Of a stretch of 64,000 bases of DNA, positions 29,137-39,323 are shown piece by piece. The stretch is taken from NCBI GenBank assembly GCA_965116925.1, contig OZ220744.1, positions 4,096,001 through 4,160,000 of the forward strand. Reading direction: 5' to 3'. This DNA is from Candidatus Poribacteria bacterium (GTDB taxonomy: Bacteria; Poribacteria; WGA-4E; PCPOR2b). The stretch's first letter is position 1; every line of letters starts with the position of its first letter. The notes under the pieces were generated by a model that had not been told where the DNA came from, did not search any database, and saw nothing but the letters and a program-made list of their open reading frames with translations. The translations under genes and the position numbers were made by a program.

Positions 29137-30018
29137 ATGACAAGATTCAACCGTTATGCCCTGATTGTGGGCATGATAGCTGCGATGATTTTATCAACGG
29201 GAGCTTTCGCTGCTGAGAATCCGTGCAACCCATGCGGTGGAGCAGCGACAAATCCGTGTAATCCCTGCAATCCATGTTCGGGGATGAAACACTTTGGAAT
29301 TGATGACCCCAGAGGTAGAGATGTACTCACTTTCGATTCCAAGGCTCCGCTAGAAAAAATTGTCGGCACAACCAGCAAAATCACGGGTAGTGTTCAGGTC
29401 AACCCAAAGGACATCATGAAGGGATTGAAGGCCTCCTTTGTATTGGATCTCGCCAGCCTGAAGACAGGGATCGACAAACGCGATGAACATATGCGGGATA
29501 ATTTCTTGGAGACAGCCAAGTATCCCAAAGCGATGCTCACCATAGACAAAGTAATCAAAGCCTCTGATAACATGCTCATGGATGGGAAGACGCTCATGGT
29601 GGACGCTGAAGGCACTTTATCACTGCACGGGGTTAAGAACACCGTTCAACTAAAAGATATTACGGTCACCTATTTCGACGAGAGCGAAGCCACCAAGGGG
29701 AGGCTGCCGGGTGATCTCCTGATAATCAACGGCGGTTTTTCGCTGAATCTTCCCGATTATAATATTGAAGTGCCGCAATTCATCTTTCTCAAATTGGCAG
29801 AGACAATAAAGGTGAGCGTGGATTTGGCCGGTTCGACAGCTACAGCAGTGGTAGCTAATCCTTGTAACCCGTGTAATCCATGTGCAGGAGTGAATCCTTG
29901 CAATCCGTGCGCGGGCGTGAACCCCTGTAACCCGTGTGCAGGAGAGAATCCCTGTAATCCTTGCAATCCATGTGCAGGAGTGAATCCTTGCAACCCGTGC
30001 AACCCCTGTGGACAGTAG
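29137..30018 (+). CDS. secreted YceI-family protein flanked by Asn-Pro-Cys repeats
   Basis: Signal peptide; [24 protein letters not shown] and GTLSLHGV YceI motifs; 18 NPC triplets. Confidence 0.88.
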   Translation: MTRFNRYALIVGMIAAMILSTGAFAAENPCNPCGGAATNPCNPCNPCSGMKHFGIDDPRGRDVLTFDSKAPLEKIVGTTSKITGSVQVNPKDIMKGLKASFVLDLASLKTGIDKRDEHMRDNFLETAKYPKAMLTIDKVIKASDNMLMDGKTLMVDAEGTLSLHGVKNTVQLKDITVTYFDESEATKGRLPGDLLIINGGFSLNLPDYNIEVPQFIFLKLAETIKVSVDLAGSTATAVVANPCNPCNPCAGVNPCNPCAGVNPCNPCAGENPCNPCNPCAGVNPCNPCNPCGQ

Positions 30019-30091
30019 GGTTAAGGAAGCACATATCTTCAGGGGAGGGTTTCAAACCCTCCTCTGACAAATAGGTTTGGAAGTATGCCAA

Positions 30092-30772
30092 ATGAACGTA
30101 TCCGTTATTATCCCCGCCTTCAATGAAGAGGAATCTATTGGCAAGGTCATCGCTGATATTCCCAAGGGGTGCGTTCAAGAGATTATTGTCGTTGATAACG
30201 GTTGTCTTGACCGAACGGCTGAAGTGGCTCGCGCTGCGGGAGCACGGGTAGTAAGAGAAGAACGCAGAGGTTACGGCTCTGCGTGTCTTGCTGGGATTGC
30301 TGCGCTAAACGCACCAGAAATTGTGGTCTTCCTCGATGGCGACTATAGCGACTTTCCGTCAGAGATGCCGCTGCTTATCCAACCGATTCTCGCTGGGGAC
30401 GCAGAGATGGTGATTGGTTCGCGGATTCGTGGTGTACGTGAGAAAGGGGCTTTGCTTCCGCAGGCTCGTTTTGGCAATGCTCTCGCCACCTTTCTGATTC
30501 GGCTGCTGTTTCACGTTCACTACACTGACTTGGGTCCCTTCCGCGCGATTCGCTATGAGCAGTTGTTAGCGATGGATATGCAGGACAAGACCTTTGGGTG
30601 GACGGTTGAGATGCAAGTCAAAGCAGCCAAGATGGGATTACGTGTGTGCGAAGTACCGGTTAGCTACCGGAGGCGGATTGGACAATCGAAAATTACAGGA
30701 ACCGTTAAAGGGACAATTTTAGCCGGATATAAAATTATTACAACAATTCTTCGTTACGGTTTGGTACGATGA
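30092..30772 (+). CDS. glycosyltransferase family 2
   Basis: VIIPAFNEE, VVDNG, RGYGSAC, FLDGD and TDLGPFRAI motifs. Confidence 0.92.
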   Translation: MNVSVIIPAFNEEESIGKVIADIPKGCVQEIIVVDNGCLDRTAEVARAAGARVVREERRGYGSACLAGIAALNAPEIVVFLDGDYSDFPSEMPLLIQPILAGDAEMVIGSRIRGVREKGALLPQARFGNALATFLIRLLFHVHYTDLGPFRAIRYEQLLAMDMQDKTFGWTVEMQVKAAKMGLRVCEVPVSYRRRIGQSKITGTVKGTILAGYKIITTILRYGLVR

Positions 30773-31524
30773 AAAGACTAGAAAAAATTTGGTATCTGAA
30801 ACATTTTGATATTTTCAAGGATTTGACCGACAGAGAAATCGACGTTATTGACCGTATTTCATATATGAAGCATTACAAGCGACGTGAACGGATTTACGGT
30901 CAAGGTGATCCGGGGGATGTGGTCTACCTGCTCAAAGAGGGACGGGTCAAGATCTATAAGCTATCGCCCGATGGCAAAGAGTTGACGTTGGCAGTGCTTG
31001 AAAACGGTGAAATCTTCGGTGAGATGGCGTTAATCGACGATGGTCCCCGCGGCACAATCGCGGAGACGCTAGACGATTCAGATATCTGTGTGATACGGCG
31101 TCGGGATTTTGAGATGCTGCTGAAGAAGAAGCCGGACCTAGCGATGCATGTCACCAAACTGATCGGACTGCGACGGCGGGAGATCGAGAACCAACTTGAA
31201 AAGTTAGTATTCCGAAATGCACCGTCTCGACTTGCCGCCCTGCTGATGTCGTTAGCAGAGAAGCACGGTGTGCGTGATAGCCAAGGTATTATCCTGAACG
31301 TGAAATTTTCGCAGCAGGAACTAGCAAATTTGATTGGAACGGCACGGGAAACGACAAGTGCACTCCTTAATGAGTTCAAGCGGCTCGGTTTGATAGATAT
31401 CCGCCACCGGCGAATCAAGATCTTGGAACAGTGGCAGCTTAAAAAAATCGCAGACGCCAAGATGAAGGAGTTTCCAATCAAGGAGGTTGACCGCGAAGAG
31501 GAAAGCGAAGTTGCTGTCCAATAA
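30769..31524 (+). CDS. Crp/Fnr family transcriptional regulator
   Basis: cNMP-binding GEIFGEMAL...R motif; HTH SQQELANLIGTARETTS. Confidence 0.93.
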   Translation: MKRLEKIWYLKHFDIFKDLTDREIDVIDRISYMKHYKRRERIYGQGDPGDVVYLLKEGRVKIYKLSPDGKELTLAVLENGEIFGEMALIDDGPRGTIAETLDDSDICVIRRRDFEMLLKKKPDLAMHVTKLIGLRRREIENQLEKLVFRNAPSRLAALLMSLAEKHGVRDSQGIILNVKFSQQELANLIGTARETTSALLNEFKRLGLIDIRHRRIKILEQWQLKKIADAKMKEFPIKEVDREEESEVAVQ

Positions 31525-31597
31525 TCATACCTTTCCATTGTCGATGCCCTTCCTGCAATCCCCCTTGTTACCATAAATTCCACCGATTTGAAATTTA

Positions 31598-31840
31598 CAG
31601 GACTTACGCAAATTTAGTACGCAGCGCGCGATTTTTTATTTTTGGCTCATGTTAAGAAAGCGTGCAACAGAAACCGTAGGGGCGGGGTACCCGCCCCGAT
31701 TTATCGGGGTTGGGCAACCCAACCCCTACAAAAACTCGGTTTCTCTTTGCGCTTTGCACTTTCTTTTTACATGAGCCTTATTTTTAACCCCCTAAATCCC
31801 CCTTATCAGGGGGACTTATGAATCAACTGCGTAAGTCCTA
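31598..31840. mobile_element. MITE family A containing a family D MITE (31644-31777)
   Basis: Outer CAGGACTTACGCA...TGCGTAAGTCCTA; inner GGCTCATG...CATGAGCC with 8-bp duplication TTATTTTT. Confidence 0.8.
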
Positions 31841-31950
31841 TAGAATTTAATTGTCACGCGCCTCTTTTTGTTTTATACTGATAACGTTTCAAAACGAAAA
31901 TCTTCAGCGAAAATTGGTATACTTACGCAGCATATAAAAATGAGACAAAG

Positions 31951-32868
31951 GTGGAGAAGATGTCACTATTTGAAAAACTCGGCATTGTAACCAATATTTG
32001 GACGAAGCGCATTGATGATGGTGCCCGGTTTGAAGACCTCGCCCGCCAGTTTGGCGACCACGGCTTCAAAGATATGGAGGTGCGCGAAGGAGACTACCTC
32101 CGTAACTCCGAATTTGGCGGCTTGATTGGTGAGATTGAAACGGCGATGGGACGTTATACAGACAAGCAATGGAAGGCGATTTGTGATGCGATCTGGGAAG
32201 GGGGACAGGATTCGGCGGTTACGGCGGAGGATGGTCCCCTCTTTGCGCGTGTCAGTACATTTGTTGAGTTGGCGAGGGATTTGAAATTGAGTTACGCCAT
32301 GTCGCACTCGTGGCTCGGTGCGCCTGAAGACATTGAAGCGGACACGCAACAGATTATTCAAGCGAAAAAACTGGCATACTTACTGTGTCCAGCGGACGCA
32401 CGGTTGCGGATTGTCGGGCTTGCACCTACGGGCGGGAAAACAGATCCGCAGGCTGCGGTTGCCAATGTTAAACGGTATCGGTCATTGTTACCAAACTGTC
32501 CAATGGTCTTTGCGGTTGAAAATTCACGACAACCAGCAACCTTTACGCTCGATTTGGCGGTGGAGGGTGGTGCTTTGTTGACCTACGACGAGGCAAACAC
32601 CTATCGCGACGATGGCACAACGGTCAACTCGCCGGAGGAATTCTGGAGCACTGTAAAAATGGAAGACCTGACGTCGGTGCATTTCAAGCAGAAAACGGCG
32701 GACGGTGTTTTGACACAGGTCAGTGACGGATATGTTGATTTTGCAGCGATTGGCAAACGTTTGGTGGCAGGAGGTTATAAGGGTGACCTATTGCTCGAAA
32801 ACACCCCAACAGACCAGCCTTTGGAAGATGCGGTTTCGAGCCGTGTATATCTTTCGAGCCTTTTATAA
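31951..32868 (+). CDS. xylose isomerase-like TIM-barrel protein
   Basis: AVEN, TYDEAN, VHFK, G.VDF and LLEN metal-ligand pattern. Confidence 0.65.
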   Translation: MEKMSLFEKLGIVTNIWTKRIDDGARFEDLARQFGDHGFKDMEVREGDYLRNSEFGGLIGEIETAMGRYTDKQWKAICDAIWEGGQDSAVTAEDGPLFARVSTFVELARDLKLSYAMSHSWLGAPEDIEADTQQIIQAKKLAYLLCPADARLRIVGLAPTGGKTDPQAAVANVKRYRSLLPNCPMVFAVENSRQPATFTLDLAVEGGALLTYDEANTYRDDGTTVNSPEEFWSTVKMEDLTSVHFKQKTADGVLTQVSDGYVDFAAIGKRLVAGGYKGDLLLENTPTDQPLEDAVSSRVYLSSLL

Positions 32869-33827
32869 TACGCGGATCGGGAGTTGCGTTGAGTTAGGAA
32901 ATTAGTGCTTGTTGACCGTACCGTGGAAGAACGGACCAGGCGGAAGCACGCAATTTCTGGGGTTGTCATAAATCGGATTGGAACGCCTGTGACCCCGAGT
33001 CCTCGACAAACGTAAAGCCGCGACGCACCGACATAGAAAAGACCGGCGAGATATTTGCTCCCTACCTTGGGGGGAACAAACGGTAGGGAGATTTGTCCGC
33101 CATGTGTGTGCCCTGACAGGACCAGATCAAATCCGTGGTGGGCGATCGATTCGATCGGTTGTGGGTTGTGCATTAGGAGGAAACGCGGTTCATCGGTCGC
33201 AGGCAGTGCCGCTAACGCACGTTCTAAATCGAAATCCCCAGCAAGGAGATCGTTGCAGCCAACGAGCCATAGACGTTCATTCCCGCGCTGTAACAGAGCG
33301 GATTCGTTCATCAATACTTTGATTCCCTCCGCTGTCAACGCATTGATTACTTCAAGACCGTCACCCTTCCAACGGTTTCGCAAGGGAGACACATCTGCAT
33401 CGTCGTTCCAGTCATCGTTCCAGTCACTGTTCCAATGGTCGTGGTTACCAAGGACGGCATAGGTGGGAATTCCAGCCTCAACGATAGTTTCACCGATAGC
33501 CTGTGCCACTGGCTGCGCATATTCCTCTTGGTACGTGATATAGTCCCCGGTCATTACGACTAGATCTGGTTGCAAACCTACGACCTGATTAAAGCAGGCT
33601 TGAAGGTAGTCCAGCGTTACAATCGAGCTGTGATGCAAATCTGTGAGTTGAACAATCGAAAATCCTTCAAAAGCGGGTGGAAGATTAGCAATCGAGATTT
33701 CGTGTTGTGTAATTTCAACCCATTGCGGTTCAATTAAACTTCCAGAATTGGTCAATGTAATTCCGCTAATCCCCATGTTGAACAATGACCGATGCAGGGA
33801 TTTGCGTTGTGCTATTTTAGATAACAT
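32775..33827 (-). CDS. metallophosphoesterase (YkuE/YaeI-like)
   Basis: TDLH, TGD, GNHD, HNP, SGHTHGGQ and RGLG motifs. Confidence 0.9.
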   Translation of the reverse strand: MLSKIAQRKSLHRSLFNMGISGITLTNSGSLIEPQWVEITQHEISIANLPPAFEGFSIVQLTDLHHSSIVTLDYLQACFNQVVGLQPDLVVMTGDYITYQEEYAQPVAQAIGETIVEAGIPTYAVLGNHDHWNSDWNDDWNDDADVSPLRNRWKGDGLEVINALTAEGIKVLMNESALLQRGNERLWLVGCNDLLAGDFDLERALAALPATDEPRFLLMHNPQPIESIAHHGFDLVLSGHTHGGQISLPFVPPKVGSKYLAGLFYVGASRLYVCRGLGVTGVPIRFMTTPEIACFRLVRSSTVRSTSTNFLTQRNSRSAYYKRLERYTRLETASSKGWSVGVFSSNRSPL

Positions 33828-33952
33828 GGATAGTATAAGTCCTTATTTTGCTAGATAATATAAAGAATAATATCTAATAGCATAGCATAACCCCACTATT
33901 TTTGCAAGTAGGTCTCTAAAATATCGAGGTTTTAACAATTACGGAGAAGAAG

Positions 33953-35011
33953 ATGGCATTTAGAGTCGGTGTTATCGGGTGTGGCCGCATGGCAAACACT
34001 ATCGAAGACGAACAGATAGAAAGAAGAAAACAGCGTCCTTATCGTGGCGGTTTGGCACTTCCTTACTCTCACGCAGCGGGCTACGCTGCTATAGATGAGA
34101 CGGAAATTGTCGCTGCGTGTGACATCCATGAGGGACGACTAGCGAACTTTGTGGAACGATGGGATGTTCCTGCTGCTTACACTGACTACCGTGAGATGAT
34201 TGAGAAAGAAAACCTTGATATCGTCAGTGTCACCACGCGCCCCGAACAACATGCGGAAGAGATGGTGTTCGCTGCAGAACACGGCATTAAGGGTGTTTAC
34301 GCGGAGAAACCGCTCTGTATGTCACTTGTGGAAACGGATGCTATCCGAGACGCATTTGAACGTAACGGCGTTCATTTGGAGTACGGCCCCATCTATCGTC
34401 ACTGGGCGGCCTATGAGCAAGCGCGAACCATCGCCGAAAGCGGAGAATTGGGAGAAGTCCAATCGGTACTAGGCTTTGAAGGCAAGGCACTTGAAGGTCA
34501 TTTCATTGACCTGCTGCTGTATATGCTCGGTGACCCGGAGCCGGTGTCGATTCAGGGAATTATCTCACAACTCAACCCGGCAGAGGGGGATACCTCCGGC
34601 ATGAAATTTGTCCAAGATACCTCAATCCTGTTTGCGCTGATCAAGTTTGATAACGGCACGACCGCACATGTAGCAGGCACCGGCGTTGGTAGGGAGATTG
34701 AATTGGTCTGCACTAACGGCGTCCTCCGTGTCGTGAACGATGGGGAAGCGGTGCAGATGCGGCGTCGAGATACAGCGTCGGATGCGTGGGATACGGTTTC
34801 GGTTGAGCAGGTGCCGCCGCGGAGTGGTACGGTGCATCTTATCCGTGACCTCATCCACTCAATTAAAACTGGAGAACCCGGCAAAAGCAACCTCCGGGTG
34901 ACGCTCCTCAGTCAAGACATCGGATTCGGTATTTACGAGTCCCATCTGCGCGGTGGGGTGCCCGTCAGTCCGCCTATCCCAAATCGGGAGCGGTGGGTTT
35001 TCAGTTGGTGA
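33953..35011 (+). CDS. Gfo/Idh/MocA family oxidoreductase
   Basis: GVIGCGRMA and AEKP motifs. Confidence 0.88.
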   Translation: MAFRVGVIGCGRMANTIEDEQIERRKQRPYRGGLALPYSHAAGYAAIDETEIVAACDIHEGRLANFVERWDVPAAYTDYREMIEKENLDIVSVTTRPEQHAEEMVFAAEHGIKGVYAEKPLCMSLVETDAIRDAFERNGVHLEYGPIYRHWAAYEQARTIAESGELGEVQSVLGFEGKALEGHFIDLLLYMLGDPEPVSIQGIISQLNPAEGDTSGMKFVQDTSILFALIKFDNGTTAHVAGTGVGREIELVCTNGVLRVVNDGEAVQMRRRDTASDAWDTVSVEQVPPRSGTVHLIRDLIHSIKTGEPGKSNLRVTLLSQDIGFGIYESHLRGGVPVSPPIPNRERWVFSW

Positions 35012-35040
35012 TTCCCTAATCCACTGAGTTGACCTCTTGT

Positions 35041-35718
35041 TTAGGCTGTCGAATGCTGACGTAACCGCAGCAGATCCGCGTCGGTGTAGAACGGTTCATA
35101 TTTCTCTACGAACTCAGCCAATGTCTCCTCGACAGTCGCAGTCGTGGTATCAAGGACGATTCGCTTCTGTATTAAGGACGCCTCAAATTCCTCCTCAAAC
35201 CGTTGTAGGACATGCTCAATGTCCTTCTCCTGCACAACTTGGTGGGTGTGCGGGTTGTCCTTCATCCGCTTCGCAATCACCTCTGGGGAGGCTTTGAAAA
35301 GAACCAGTACCACCCCCGGTGCACGTTCAAGGATTTTCCCCTCTATGCGTCGCGCCATCTCTGTCCGCTGCCCTTCCGGGCTTCGGAAGGGTGCCTTGCT
35401 GTTTTTCCCGCCATAACCGTAGTATAACGGTGCATAGACCGCCTCTTCAATGACCAAGCCCATCAGGTTGTGATCTGGGTTGCTATAAAAAGCCTCCGAG
35501 ACATGATACTCAATCATATATCGTTGAAGCATCTCCACTGCTTGGGGATGAAGGGTCAGCAAAGATTCTTGCGCCTCTGGCATCAACTCGCTTGAAGGAA
35601 CGCTCATATGGTCATGGAAATGACTGCTTCCGCCTAAAGTGCGTTTTGCCCATTCCAGGACTTCTGCTGCTATCGTCGATTTGCCTGCGTACTCGCATCC
35701 GACAAAAATGAGATTCAT
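35041..35718 (-). CDS. P-loop (nucleotide kinase-like) hypothetical protein
   Basis: N-terminal LIFVGCEYAGKST Walker A; ASPEVIAKR lid-like segment. Confidence 0.65.
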   Translation of the reverse strand: MNLIFVGCEYAGKSTIAAEVLEWAKRTLGGSSHFHDHMSVPSSELMPEAQESLLTLHPQAVEMLQRYMIEYHVSEAFYSNPDHNLMGLVIEEAVYAPLYYGYGGKNSKAPFRSPEGQRTEMARRIEGKILERAPGVVLVLFKASPEVIAKRMKDNPHTHQVVQEKDIEHVLQRFEEEFEASLIQKRIVLDTTTATVEETLAEFVEKYEPFYTDADLLRLRQHSTA

Positions 35719-35855
35719 GAGGATTTTCCTCCCATAATTTTGTGTGAGAACTTTGGTATCAAGCCTGCTCTGAAATAGTCACTATCCTTTTGTCATTCGG
35801 CATTATAGCAGAAAGCAAAACGGCGATCAATGTGAAAACAGCTGACAATTTTGGG

Positions 35856-35884
35856 TTGACGAGAAGGATACGTTCTGATAAAGT
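35856..35884 (+). promoter_or_regulatory. sigma70-type promoter
   Basis: TTGACG-17 nt-TAAAGT with TGn extension, upstream of the CDS at 35946. Confidence 0.5.
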
Positions 35885-35945
35885 AGGCAAAAGAACATTA
35901 CACTATCTCCTACAATAACAACTTCATAAAAAGAGGGGGATCCAC

Positions 35946-37091
35946 ATGCCAAGAAACTGCTTTGGAGAAGAGGAACTGACCTATCTACGAGAAGTCATTG
36001 AAAGTCAAGACGCATGGCGGTGGGGACGAAGCAACTTCGTTCCGAGATTTGAGGAAGCATTTGGAGAACACCTCGGTCGGAAATATGTCCACGCTGTAAA
36101 CTCCGGGACCAGTGCCAATACGACGGCTTACGCTAGTCTGGGGTTGGAGGTAGGTGACGAAATTATCTGTCCGGCTATCGCGCCGATTTTCGTATCCTTT
36201 CCAGTCGTTGCAATTGGCTGCGTGCCTGTGTTTGCCGACGTGGATCCAAGGACACAAATTATCTCAGCTGAAGGAATTGAAGCGTGCATTACGCCACGGA
36301 CACGCGCTGTGGTCGTTGTGCATCTGTACGGTCAACCAGCGCTGATGGACGAGATTATGGCTGTCGCCAGGAAGCACGATCTCAAGGTTGTGGAGGACTG
36401 CTCGCAGTCCTACGATGCCTACTACAAGGGGCGCAAGGTCGGCACCATCGGCGATGTTGCCTGCTTCTCGATGCAGCAATCGAAGCATATCACGTCGGGC
36501 GAAGGGGGAATGATTGCCACAGATGATCCGGAACTCTATAAACGGGCGACGGAATTCTCGAACTCCGGGATGCCGTGGTATCTGTACGACTTGGAACGAC
36601 CAGAAGCGAAACCTGTCAACGGCTTGCCAACGCGGGGACATTTCTCGTTTGGTCACGATTTCCGCTTTAGTGAGCTTCAGGGTGCGGTGGCATTTGCTCA
36701 GTTGGAAAAGATTGACCGGTTCAACGCCCGGCGGCGGGAACTTGTCGAAAAGATTGAGGTAGAACTGAGTGATGTTCCGAGTGCGCGGCTGGCGTATGTC
36801 TATCCAGAGACCCAACCCAACTACTGGCTGTATCCGGTATGGGGACCCGAATCGCTGGGGTGCAGAGGTGAGATTAACTACATCGAAGTGGAGTATCAAC
36901 GTATGCAAGCGATGCGGCAGACTTCCGTCGGTGTCCCACTTCCTGACTACGTGCAGTATGTTCCCGGATCTTGTCCAAACGCAGAGAAATCGACCCGAGG
37001 CATGTGGAGCTTTTTTGTCCACCACAGCGTCGAAAACGATGAACTGGAAAAGTCGATCCGTGAATTCAAGGAAAAAGTCAAGGAGACATAA
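35946..37091 (+). CDS. DegT/DnrJ/EryC1/StrS family aminotransferase
   Basis: NSGTSA, VHLYG, EDCSQ and SKHITSGEGG (PLP lysine) motifs. Confidence 0.92.
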   Translation: MPRNCFGEEELTYLREVIESQDAWRWGRSNFVPRFEEAFGEHLGRKYVHAVNSGTSANTTAYASLGLEVGDEIICPAIAPIFVSFPVVAIGCVPVFADVDPRTQIISAEGIEACITPRTRAVVVVHLYGQPALMDEIMAVARKHDLKVVEDCSQSYDAYYKGRKVGTIGDVACFSMQQSKHITSGEGGMIATDDPELYKRATEFSNSGMPWYLYDLERPEAKPVNGLPTRGHFSFGHDFRFSELQGAVAFAQLEKIDRFNARRRELVEKIEVELSDVPSARLAYVYPETQPNYWLYPVWGPESLGCRGEINYIEVEYQRMQAMRQTSVGVPLPDYVQYVPGSCPNAEKSTRGMWSFFVHHSVENDELEKSIREFKEKVKET

Positions 37092-37096
37092 TCGAA

Positions 37097-38119
37097 ATGT
37101 CAACGCTCGGATTGGGTATCATCGGGTTAGGAGTCGGCAAGGGTGCTCTACTTTTGAATCAGAACGCTGATAGCCCAATAAAGGTGTGTGCGGTGGCAGA
37201 CAAAGATCCAGCACTTCTAAAATTTGCACATGAGGATCATGGGATCGGATGTGTCACCGAGGACTACCGCGAGCTGCTGTCGCGGTCTGAAGTCGATGTT
37301 GTCGGCATTTTCACCCCCGACCACCTGCACGGTGAACATGCGGCGGCGGCACTAGAGGCAGGAAAACATGTCGTATGTACCAAACCGATGGTGACCACCA
37401 TGGCGGATTGTGAGCGGTTGGTGCATCTGGTGGATCGAACGGGACTTAAATTCGTTGCGGCAATGACGTGGCGCCACCTTCCGAAGATCGCCGCGGCACG
37501 TCGTGCCTTTGATAAAGGCAATCTAGGGGAAATAACGCTGATCGATACCGGCTATGTCCATGATATCCGCAGGGTCTGTGAAATTACGCCGTGGCGGGTT
37601 ACAGCACCGCAGGATTTTCTCTTTGGCGGAGGTGCTCACGCCATAGATTGCGTGCGGTGGTTTGCTGGAGATATTGACACCGTGCATGCGTTCGCTTTGA
37701 ACAGCGGTGTTATCCCAGACTATCCTATAGAAGATACGTGGATTCTCAATCTTCAGTTTACCAGCGGTGCGCTTGGACGCGTCTCTGTGATATGCAGCGC
37801 GGTCAACTCACCACCGGAGGCGCATCAGCGACTGGTGATCTACGGTACAAAAGGCACCTTAACCGGTTTAGATCTCGGCATGGACGGTGTGCTGGAACGT
37901 GAGACCTTGAATGCCGCTCCACCGGCTGACAGGGAACGTCTCATCGAAGGACATGCAAATGAACTACTGCTCTACTTTCACAAAATGGCACAATGGATCC
38001 TAGAAGACCAAGAACCCACCCCTTCTGTCCGGGATGGTGCGCGGGTTGTCGCTGTTGCCTTGGCAGCCCACGAATCCCTCTCGACTGGGCAAACTGTGAA
38101 AGTGCACAACGATTTCTGA
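37097..38119 (+). CDS. Gfo/Idh/MocA family oxidoreductase
   Basis: GIIGLGVG, TPDHLH, AGKHVVCTKP and H.ID motifs. Confidence 0.9.
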   Translation: MSTLGLGIIGLGVGKGALLLNQNADSPIKVCAVADKDPALLKFAHEDHGIGCVTEDYRELLSRSEVDVVGIFTPDHLHGEHAAAALEAGKHVVCTKPMVTTMADCERLVHLVDRTGLKFVAAMTWRHLPKIAAARRAFDKGNLGEITLIDTGYVHDIRRVCEITPWRVTAPQDFLFGGGAHAIDCVRWFAGDIDTVHAFALNSGVIPDYPIEDTWILNLQFTSGALGRVSVICSAVNSPPEAHQRLVIYGTKGTLTGLDLGMDGVLERETLNAAPPADRERLIEGHANELLLYFHKMAQWILEDQEPTPSVRDGARVVAVALAAHESLSTGQTVKVHNDF

Positions 38120-38150
38120 TTCACTTATCACACATCAGGTGTTAGGGTTC

Positions 38151-38645
38151 CTACCCGTTGTCCGGATCTCCGCTAGCGGGGTCCGATTCAATCTGGCGTG
38201 GTGAAGCGGATTCTGCTTCCTGTTTAACCAGTGCTGCTCGACCTAAAAGCACTAGGGCACACCAGCCGACTAGTCCAACAGCGGCACCGGCAGCGACCGC
38301 AATCCCGGCTGCTTTGCCCGTCTCAATTTTCTTGAACGTCTCCTCGTCGAATTCACAGGAGATACTTCTCGGATTTCGCAACGCAATGCCGCGCTTATCC
38401 TCCTTTTGCCAGTATTCGACTGTTGGCACCTTATCTCCTACCGTTCTGATGTTACCTTTCAAGGAGGGCGCGTCTACGTTTAAGGTGCTTTCGCCACGTT
38501 CACCCTCCCACACGGCTTTCACCCCTACCGTCCCTTCGCCATCTTCAAGCGGTTCGAGATTCACCCGCGTCACCACATGGTCGGTAATTGCGCGAAATGC
38601 TCTTTTGAATTTTGATGCCGATACCACCCAGTTTTCTAAAATCAT
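38151..38645 (-). CDS. hypothetical protein with C-terminal TM helix
   Basis: ORF with AGGAGG RBS and a hydrophobic C-terminal segment. Confidence 0.6.
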   Translation of the reverse strand: MILENWVVSASKFKRAFRAITDHVVTRVNLEPLEDGEGTVGVKAVWEGERGESTLNVDAPSLKGNIRTVGDKVPTVEYWQKEDKRGIALRNPRSISCEFDEETFKKIETGKAAGIAVAAGAAVGLVGWCALVLLGRAALVKQEAESASPRQIESDPASGDPDNG

Positions 38646-38702
38646 GATATACCCTCCTAGTTTGATAGTGTTACTTATTACGCAACATAATTTAACCGAT
38701 AA

Positions 38703-38865
38703 TAGGAGTTACGCACTTCAGTAGGGAACGCAGATCTGCGTTCCCTACGGACTCCTTATGGAGCCTCTGCTGTAGTTGCCCGATGAATCGGGCGTTGGAG
38801 ATAGTGTCTTGCGGCGATAAATCGCCGAACTACAGGTATCTGAGTGTTCAACTGCGTAAGTCCTA
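38703..38865. mobile_element. MITE family A
   Basis: TAGGAGTTACGCA...TGCGTAAGTCCTA flanked by CGATAA direct repeat; close homolog of 51712-51874. Confidence 0.8.
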
Positions 38866-38873
38866 CGATAATC

Positions 38874-39281
38874 TCAACTACTGATTAGTTCCTGCTTGTA
38901 GGTGTCCACGATGGCATCGAAAATACGGTCAGGAATAAATTCCAGCTGTGAGTCCAATTCCGATTCGACATTGACCATCATACTGTGATCAAATGTATCT
39001 CGTTCTGCACAGGGATCAAAGGGCTCACCATGTACTTCAAGCATTTCGGCAAGCCTCGCTGGGGTCAAGCCCTCGGAAACTCCGTGAAGCCCGTAAGCGG
39101 TTCCCCGGTAGCCTTTGTCATAGTCTGTGCTAAGATGCTTTCGTAAGATCTCCTCCCGTGTCGCTCCCTGCGCGCCACTGTCTTCAATCTCCTCCATCGC
39201 CTCAATTGCGCGTGAATCAAGTTCAATCTGAAACGTCGTTGAAGCATCGGCAGCAGCAGTGGGATAGATTTTATACGGCAT
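38874..39281 (-). CDS. hypothetical protein
   Basis: 135-aa ORF with AAGGAGG RBS, downstream of the ROK gene. Confidence 0.65.
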   Translation of the reverse strand: MPYKIYPTAAADASTTFQIELDSRAIEAMEEIEDSGAQGATREEILRKHLSTDYDKGYRGTAYGLHGVSEGLTPARLAEMLEVHGEPFDPCAERDTFDHSMMVNVESELDSQLEFIPDRIFDAIVDTYKQELISS

Positions 39282-39323
39282 TTACGCCTCCTTGTTCTAT
39301 TGATAATTCCGTCCGTTTACGTT

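Noticed and set aside
36264..37103. Long antisense or alternate-frame ORFs (e.g. 36264-37103, 2070-2672, 26817-27509, 30954-31583, 38158-38724)
   Set aside because: They are shadows of better-supported genes and carry no recognisable motifs.
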